DNA of 64,000 nt, from the NCBI GenBank assembly GCA_963704655.1, contig OY969927.1:1234078-1298077 (forward strand), in the 5' to 3' direction. The position numbers were made by a program, and so were the translations under genes. Origin of the DNA: an uncultured Candidatus Babeliaceae bacterium (GTDB taxonomy: Bacteria; Babelota; Babeliae; Babelales; Babelaceae). The notes under the pieces are model-generated. The model saw only the letters and a list, made by a program, of their open reading frames with translations, was not told the DNA's origin and searched no databases. Shown here piece after piece: positions 59,108 through 64,000 of the stretch; the first letter of the stretch is position 1, and the number at the start of each line of letters is the position of its first letter.

Positions 59108-59452
59108 ATGGATAGAAAAATTATACAGACCAGAGAATTTTCTAAAGAAATAGATGCTTTTATTAAGAAGAGAAGTCTTCTTATTGAAGATTTTAAGGAT
59201 TTCGAAAAGCAACTGGCCGAGAATCCTAAAATTGGCGATCTTATCATGGGAACTGGCGGCGTACGCAAAGTGCGTCTCAAATCTGCTTCAGGGGGTAAAA
59301 GTGGTGGATTTAGAATTTGTTATTACTTTGTAGTACATATAGATTATATCTATCTGTTATGGATATATCCCAAAAATGAACAAGAAAATCTAACAGCAGA
59401 AGAAAAAAGTACTCTTAAATCGATCGTTACCGTATTAAAGGGGAAGAAATAA
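59108..59452 (+). CDS. higB: RelE/HigB-2 family toxin
   Basis: LAENPKIGDLIMGTGGVRKVR...GKSGGFRICYY...YPKNEQENLT. Confidence 0.9.
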   Translation: MDRKIIQTREFSKEIDAFIKKRSLLIEDFKDFEKQLAENPKIGDLIMGTGGVRKVRLKSASGGKSGGFRICYYFVVHIDYIYLLWIYPKNEQENLTAEEKSTLKSIVTVLKGKK

Positions 59453-59454
59453 TC

Positions 59455-59769
59455 ATGAGTAAACTATTTAATAAATTAAAAGCTGGACTTGAAGATGCCA
59501 TTGCACACAAGCAAGGTAAATTAAATCTCCGTTCAGAGACTATAGTACTACCAGAGCCACCTGTTAGCTATAAAGCAAAAGAAATAAAAAAAATAAGAGA
59601 GCGCAATCAATACTCTCAAGGTGTTTTTGCTAAAGTTTTAAACGTAAGTATAAAAACAGTACAGTCATGGGAATCTGGCGTTCGAGCACCTAGCCATGCT
59701 GCATTACGTTTATTAGAAATTATAGATAAAGGGATATATCATCCTGAAGTTTATAAACGAAATTTCTAA
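59455..59769 (+). CDS. higA: HigA-2 family XRE-HTH antitoxin
   Basis: IKKIRE...SQGVFAKVLNVSIKTVQSWESGVRAPS; toxin-first order. Confidence 0.9.
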   Translation: MSKLFNKLKAGLEDAIAHKQGKLNLRSETIVLPEPPVSYKAKEIKKIRERNQYSQGVFAKVLNVSIKTVQSWESGVRAPSHAALRLLEIIDKGIYHPEVYKRNF

Positions 59770-59776
59770 TCTAATT

Positions 59777-59955
59777 ATGTATAGAAAAAAACAAAAATCT
59801 ACGTTTGAAAGAATCATGGACGCAAAACACCCGCTCAACGAAAGAAATATGAAGAAGGGTACCGGGATTTCTTGCTTTCAGAAATAATCCTTGCTGCTAT
59901 GGAAGAGGATGATATCTCAGTAAGGAAATTAGCAAAGCTTGCTAAACTTCGCTAA
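59777..59955 (+). pseudogene. Frameshifted, truncated HTH antitoxin remnant
   Basis: MYRKKQKSTFERIMDAK / TPAQRKKYEEGYRDFLLSEIILAAMEEDDISVRKLAKLA, cut at cttcgctaaagcttcg. Confidence 0.55.
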
Positions 59956-60033
59956 AGCTTCGTATGGCGTGGTCAGTCTGTCTATGGAAAAAGACTTTAT
60001 AAAAATATGATTTTGTTAGCAAAATAGCGAAGT

Positions 60034-60420
60034 ATGCCCTTACAAGAAAAAAGAATAGTGCTTGCCAAAGCAGAAAATGTTGCAGCGGAATGTGAACAAA
60101 AAGCACGGTTTTCTGAACAAACAAAGAAATCTGCTCTTGCTGTCGCGTGTGTGTGTCTTTTTGCGCTGAGTGGGCAATTTTTAATAAATTCAATGGGGTG
60201 GGTAATGCATTGTGATACCTTGAATTCTCAGGGTGTCCCCTTTTCACGCATAATGGAAAAGCTAAGCACAGAAGAAATACGGTATTTCGATTTGCAAGCT
60301 ATGTTATTTGGTGCATGTATCACAGGCAGCGTACTTGCTGGCTATGAAAACATGACTGGGTACCACACTAATAAACACAATTTTATAAAAAATTTTTTCT
60401 ATCAAAGTTTTTCTCGATAA
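60034..60420 (+). CDS. Hypothetical membrane protein or gene fragment; duplicate of 61421..61798
   Basis: Highly similar peptide KAE.VAAECEQKA...GYHTNKHN. Confidence 0.45.
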   Translation: MPLQEKRIVLAKAENVAAECEQKARFSEQTKKSALAVACVCLFALSGQFLINSMGWVMHCDTLNSQGVPFSRIMEKLSTEEIRYFDLQAMLFGACITGSVLAGYENMTGYHTNKHNFIKNFFYQSFSR

Positions 60421-60653
60421 AAACATTCGTGTTTTATACCCCTTATTTTTTTAAAGGGTCACCGAAAATCAAATCGGCAAAAGAAACTCCAGCAACCGCA
60501 CATACATTTGGAAATTGGGTTTACGGGCATTATTATGGATTTTTGAATCTATCTTTGAATGCTTCAAAAATTTACATATAGAAATATATGACCTATAATT
60601 TAAAGCCATGATAGTAAGTTGTTTATTTAAAGCTAGTTGCTTGGGGATCGATA

Positions 60654-61370
60654 ATGATTTTGGTAAAAAAACTTTTAGTTACAATTGTAACGGTAATAGC
60701 CGTAAATCCCCTTTTAGGCGTTAAGAATTTTGTTCTTATATCCGCGCCAGGAAGTGGCAAAGGGACCTTTTCACAGTATCTTGTTGAAAAGCATGGGTAT
60801 GTCCAAGTTTGCCCTGGCGATATATTTAGAAGTGAGATTTCTGCACAGACTGAGCTTGGAAAAAAAATAGAGCCTGTGGTTGAACGGGGAGACTATGTTG
60901 ACGAAGATATTGTTTGCACATTAATTGCGGATAATTTAAAGCAGATTATTAAAGAAAATAAGTACTTTATTATTGATGGGTTCCCCCGATCTGAATTTTC
61001 ATTTCAATTCTTATATCAATTTTTTTTAGATAACAATTTAATAAATGATGTCTGTTTTTTACAACTTGTAGCGCATGATAATACGTGTATTAACCGTATA
61101 TTAGGTCGACAAATTTGTACGCAATGTTTTAAAGTTTATAATATCGTATCTGCGCAGCCAAAAAAGCTTAACGTATGTGATGATTGTGGCATTGAACTTA
61201 CTGCGCGCAAGGCTGATACCAAAGAGATAGCACAAAAACGATTAGAATTTTTTCATGAGCATGCAGAATCATTGATGGATTGCGCTGCAGGGTTGTACGA
61301 AACGAAAAAAATTGTAACCGAATGCTCTGTGCAAGAATTACACACGATATATGACAATCTTCTTGAGTAA
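60654..61370 (+). CDS. adk: Adenylate kinase family protein with signal peptide-like N-terminus
   Basis: APGSGKGT, GDIFR, IDGFPR, Zn lid CTQC...CDDC, RKAD. Confidence 0.85.
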   Translation: MILVKKLLVTIVTVIAVNPLLGVKNFVLISAPGSGKGTFSQYLVEKHGYVQVCPGDIFRSEISAQTELGKKIEPVVERGDYVDEDIVCTLIADNLKQIIKENKYFIIDGFPRSEFSFQFLYQFFLDNNLINDVCFLQLVAHDNTCINRILGRQICTQCFKVYNIVSAQPKKLNVCDDCGIELTARKADTKEIAQKRLEFFHEHAESLMDCAAGLYETKKIVTECSVQELHTIYDNLLE

Positions 61371-61420
61371 AGATATTAAAAGCCCCATATAACTTATCAA
61401 AGTTAATATATTTAAGGATT

Positions 61421-61798
61421 TTGCTTAATAAAGCAGAAATGGTTGCAGCAGAATGTGAGCAAAAAGCATGGTTATCTGAGCAAACTAAAAAGCCTGCACT
61501 TGCCATTGCATGCGTGGGTCTTTTTGCACTCAGTGGGCAGTTTTTAATAAATTCATTGGGTTGGGTAATGCATTGCGATACACTGAACCCACAGGGTGTG
61601 CCCTTTTTACACATAATGGAAACGTTAAGCACAGAAGAAATACGGTATTTCAGTTTGCAAGCTATGTTATTTGGTGCATGTATCACCGGCAGTGTGCTTG
61701 CAGGCAGAGAAAATATGACCGGATACCACACCAATAAACATAATGTTATAAAAAATTTTCTTTATTCAAGTTTTACAAGGCATCAACTAGGAAAATGA
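61421..61798 (+). CDS. Hypothetical membrane protein or gene fragment; duplicate of 60034..60420
   Basis: Same KAE.VAAECEQKA...GYHTNKHN peptide as 60034..60420; weak TTG start. Confidence 0.4.
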   Translation: MLNKAEMVAAECEQKAWLSEQTKKPALAIACVGLFALSGQFLINSLGWVMHCDTLNPQGVPFLHIMETLSTEEIRYFSLQAMLFGACITGSVLAGRENMTGYHTNKHNVIKNFLYSSFTRHQLGK

Positions 61799-62652
61799 GG
61801 ACGTTGTTCCATGAGTACATGTAAAAGCTGATCTACTGTTAAAGCCTTTATGTCAACTGATGAGATAGTAAATTTTGCCTCAGTAAAAGTCCCATTTTTG
61901 TCTGAGATGTTCATTGTTAACTGATATTGGTTTTCCCGTCCTACAGTTTTTGCTGTAATTATCGTAGTAATTTTAATAGGGTCCCAAATATTGTAACCTT
62001 GCGTAGATTCTTGTTCTACTTTTGAGTAGTCCCATGGATGGCCCTTTTTGAGTGATTCTGGGGATACCTTTTTAAAATCATTGATCGCATTTTTTTTGAT
62101 CGTATCGACTACATTATTGAGAAGCATCGTTACACGCTTTTTGATGCTTTCTTCTGCAGATTCCCAAGGCGCTGCATCAATTTTTGATGTGAATTCTTCG
62201 ATAGTTAAATTTTTTAGATTCTCATCTTTAAAAGTTAGGTATTTTGCCTTGTTTTCTTTATGGTCATTAATTTTAAGGTATAGCTTGTAGTGATTGCTGT
62301 TTGATATAGTTTCAGCATAAAGCAGAGCCTCAATTATTGGATTAGACTTGTTTTCAGGTTTTTCGAACCTGCCAATGAATGTCGACTTTTTATATTTCAG
62401 CGTGGTTGAGGTGTTGATAGCCTTCATTATTTCTGGAAACAGTTCATTAATTAATGTTGGTAAGTCTTTTGGTGGTACTGGAAGTGGTTTTGGGCTTGTA
62501 TTATAGAGACACCATGACCCTAAGCAAAACAGTAAGGTGCCTGCTGCAATAGTTGATGTATTATCTAAGGCAGGCATATTAACGGTGCTGACTAATATAG
62601 TTGCAAGCATAAAGCGAATTATGTGTTTTTTTAATATATTAACTGTTTTCAT
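61783..62652 (-). CDS. Hypothetical secreted protein with internal duplication
   Basis: YKLYLKIND...LKNLTIEEF vs YQLTMNISD...IKALTVDQL. Confidence 0.6.
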   Translation of the reverse strand: MKTVNILKKHIIRFMLATILVSTVNMPALDNTSTIAAGTLLFCLGSWCLYNTSPKPLPVPPKDLPTLINELFPEIMKAINTSTTLKYKKSTFIGRFEKPENKSNPIIEALLYAETISNSNHYKLYLKINDHKENKAKYLTFKDENLKNLTIEEFTSKIDAAPWESAEESIKKRVTMLLNNVVDTIKKNAINDFKKVSPESLKKGHPWDYSKVEQESTQGYNIWDPIKITTIITAKTVGRENQYQLTMNISDKNGTFTEAKFTISSVDIKALTVDQLLHVLMEQRPHFPS

Positions 62653-62845
62653 TATTTTTAACCCTTTTTTATTTTAAATATTACTAGTTGCATTAAGTAT
62701 AATGATTATAATATGACAAAATCAATAAATTTAATGATAAAATTTAAAAAAACTTATTGAATCGATATATTCATATCATTTTCCGATTTATAGCTATATT
62801 TTGCATTGATAGGGTATATTTATAGAGAATATAGAGGGGGAGACT

Positions 62846-64000
62846 ATGAAGAGACTATTCTTATTGCGTATAATATGTTTGCTTATGTGCTTTGTGACGG
62901 TTGAATTGTTACCTCAGCAGGTTGCGTCACGCCTTAGTCGGGTAAAAGTTAATCCACAGGGCCTTAAGGGCAATCTTTCACGCTTATGGTACGGGGCCGA
63001 GCAAGCAGAACAATCTCAAGCGACTAAAGCAGAAAGCTTACTTAAATCAAAATCGGCCCAACCAGAGATCGTTCCATCACAAGCTGCCAAAAGGCCCGTT
63101 ATTAACGTGTCTGCCCAGCGAGTTGGAGAGATGCCATTATCACAAAAAACAAATGTCTTTGCAGCGCGTGCAAAACAGTTTGCAACACAACAACCGCTTA
63201 AAGCAGCAGCTGCGGCTATCTCTGTAGTTGCTTTAGCACAGCAGTTGGCAGATTATGCCCTGAGTATATTTAATATGGCTCTGTTTGATGAAGAGCTTAT
63301 CCCAGAGCAATTTTCTCAAGCGATTGTAAGAATTTTTAATAGAAACAGTCGTGGAAAAATAACAAGCCAGGGGTCCGCATGTATAGTCCGCAGTGTACAG
63401 AACCCAGATTTATATTTTGTATTAACTGCGGCACATTGTTTGGAAGATAACGAAGCGCAAGAGATACAAGTTCATGATCCTCGACAACCAAGCAGAAGAT
63501 TTTTTATAGCAATTAAGCCTATCGTGGTGGATAAAAATAATGATGTTGCTGTTTTGCTTATTTTACCTGAAGAAATAAAAAAATTTAAAGATGAAGCTGG
63601 CGTAGACCTACCAGCAATTTCAGCAAATCAATTATCAAGTATTAAACCGGAAAAGAAAGAAGTTGCCATTTTACAAGGATATCCCGGTTTTATACCTGAT
63701 GAAGAGCCTAGTTCTTATAGAAAGACACTTGAAACCAGAGGGCCTGCAATATGGCCTACGCGCCAAGAAATGAGCATACATGGCGAACAGTTTCGGTCAT
63801 TGCCGGGTCCTGCTCTTCCTGGAGCATCCGGTTCACCTATAATACAAATTAAAGGTGGGCAACCCCAAGTTGTTGCAGTGCATTCCACCGGAGAAAGTTT
63901 ACTGAATAAATCAACTGGTAGATCAATTGCCGTTGGCGCGGGGACGTTGCCTGAATATATTCAGCAGGCAGAAAAAAAGCACGCTGAGGCAGCCGCATTG
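62846..64000 (+). CDS. Secreted trypsin-like serine protease (partial, runs off window end)
   Basis: Own translation: LTAAHC, DVAVL, GYPG, PGASGSP catalytic triad motifs; GAGGGGG RBS. Confidence 0.85.
   Translation, partial: MKRLFLLRIICLLMCFVTVELLPQQVASRLSRVKVNPQGLKGNLSRLWYGAEQAEQSQATKAESLLKSKSAQPEIVPSQAAKRPVINVSAQRVGEMPLSQKTNVFAARAKQFATQQPLKAAAAAISVVALAQQLADYALSIFNMALFDEELIPEQFSQAIVRIFNRNSRGKITSQGSACIVRSVQNPDLYFVLTAAHCLEDNEAQEIQVHDPRQPSRRFFIAIKPIVVDKNNDVAVLLILPEEIKKFKDEAGVDLPAISANQLSSIKPEKKEVAILQGYPGFIPDEEPSSYRKTLETRGPAIWPTRQEMSIHGEQFRSLPGPALPGASGSPIIQIKGGQPQVVAVHSTGESLLNKSTGRSIAVGAGTLPEYIQQAEKKHAEAAAL

Noticed and set aside
2488-62290. Many short antisense or alternate-frame ORFs in the track
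   Set aside because: They lie inside well-supported genes and show no recognisable motifs.

Overview
AT-rich bacterial chromosome segment. The density of signal-peptide-bearing hypothetical proteins and eukaryote-like repeat or effector proteins (ankyrin, F-box-like/WD40, Sel1, TMTC-like, cPLA2-like) suggests an intracellular protist-associated bacterium, probably Dependentiae/Babelota (TM6); this is inference, not a database result. Housekeeping genes include tyrS, pyrG, prs, mntH, arfB, hpf, a DEAD-box helicase, Ku plus a stand-alone LigD phosphoesterase, and three tRNAs (Lys-CTT, Lys-TTT, Glu-TTC). A decayed accessory island follows tRNA-Glu: a GIY-YIG gene, an intact HigBA, and remnants of a second GIY-YIG, two antitoxins, a serine recombinase and a kinase. 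The best candidate for a new system is at 50325-51690: a putative promoter, nine ~25-nt hairpins with covarying stems, 10-12-nt variable loops and possible loop-linker pseudoknots, a terminator, and then a DUF3800-like (RNase H-like) gene. This layout resembles type III toxin-antitoxin loci or a small-RNA/guide array. Other highlights are a shared palindromic trailer fused to the CCA ends of two different tRNAs next to a GIY-YIG gene, a palindromic repeat inserted in-frame in a protein, a signal-peptide-bearing atypical class II RNR, and two Sel1 proteins with a shared His-containing C-terminal domain. All calls were made by eye.
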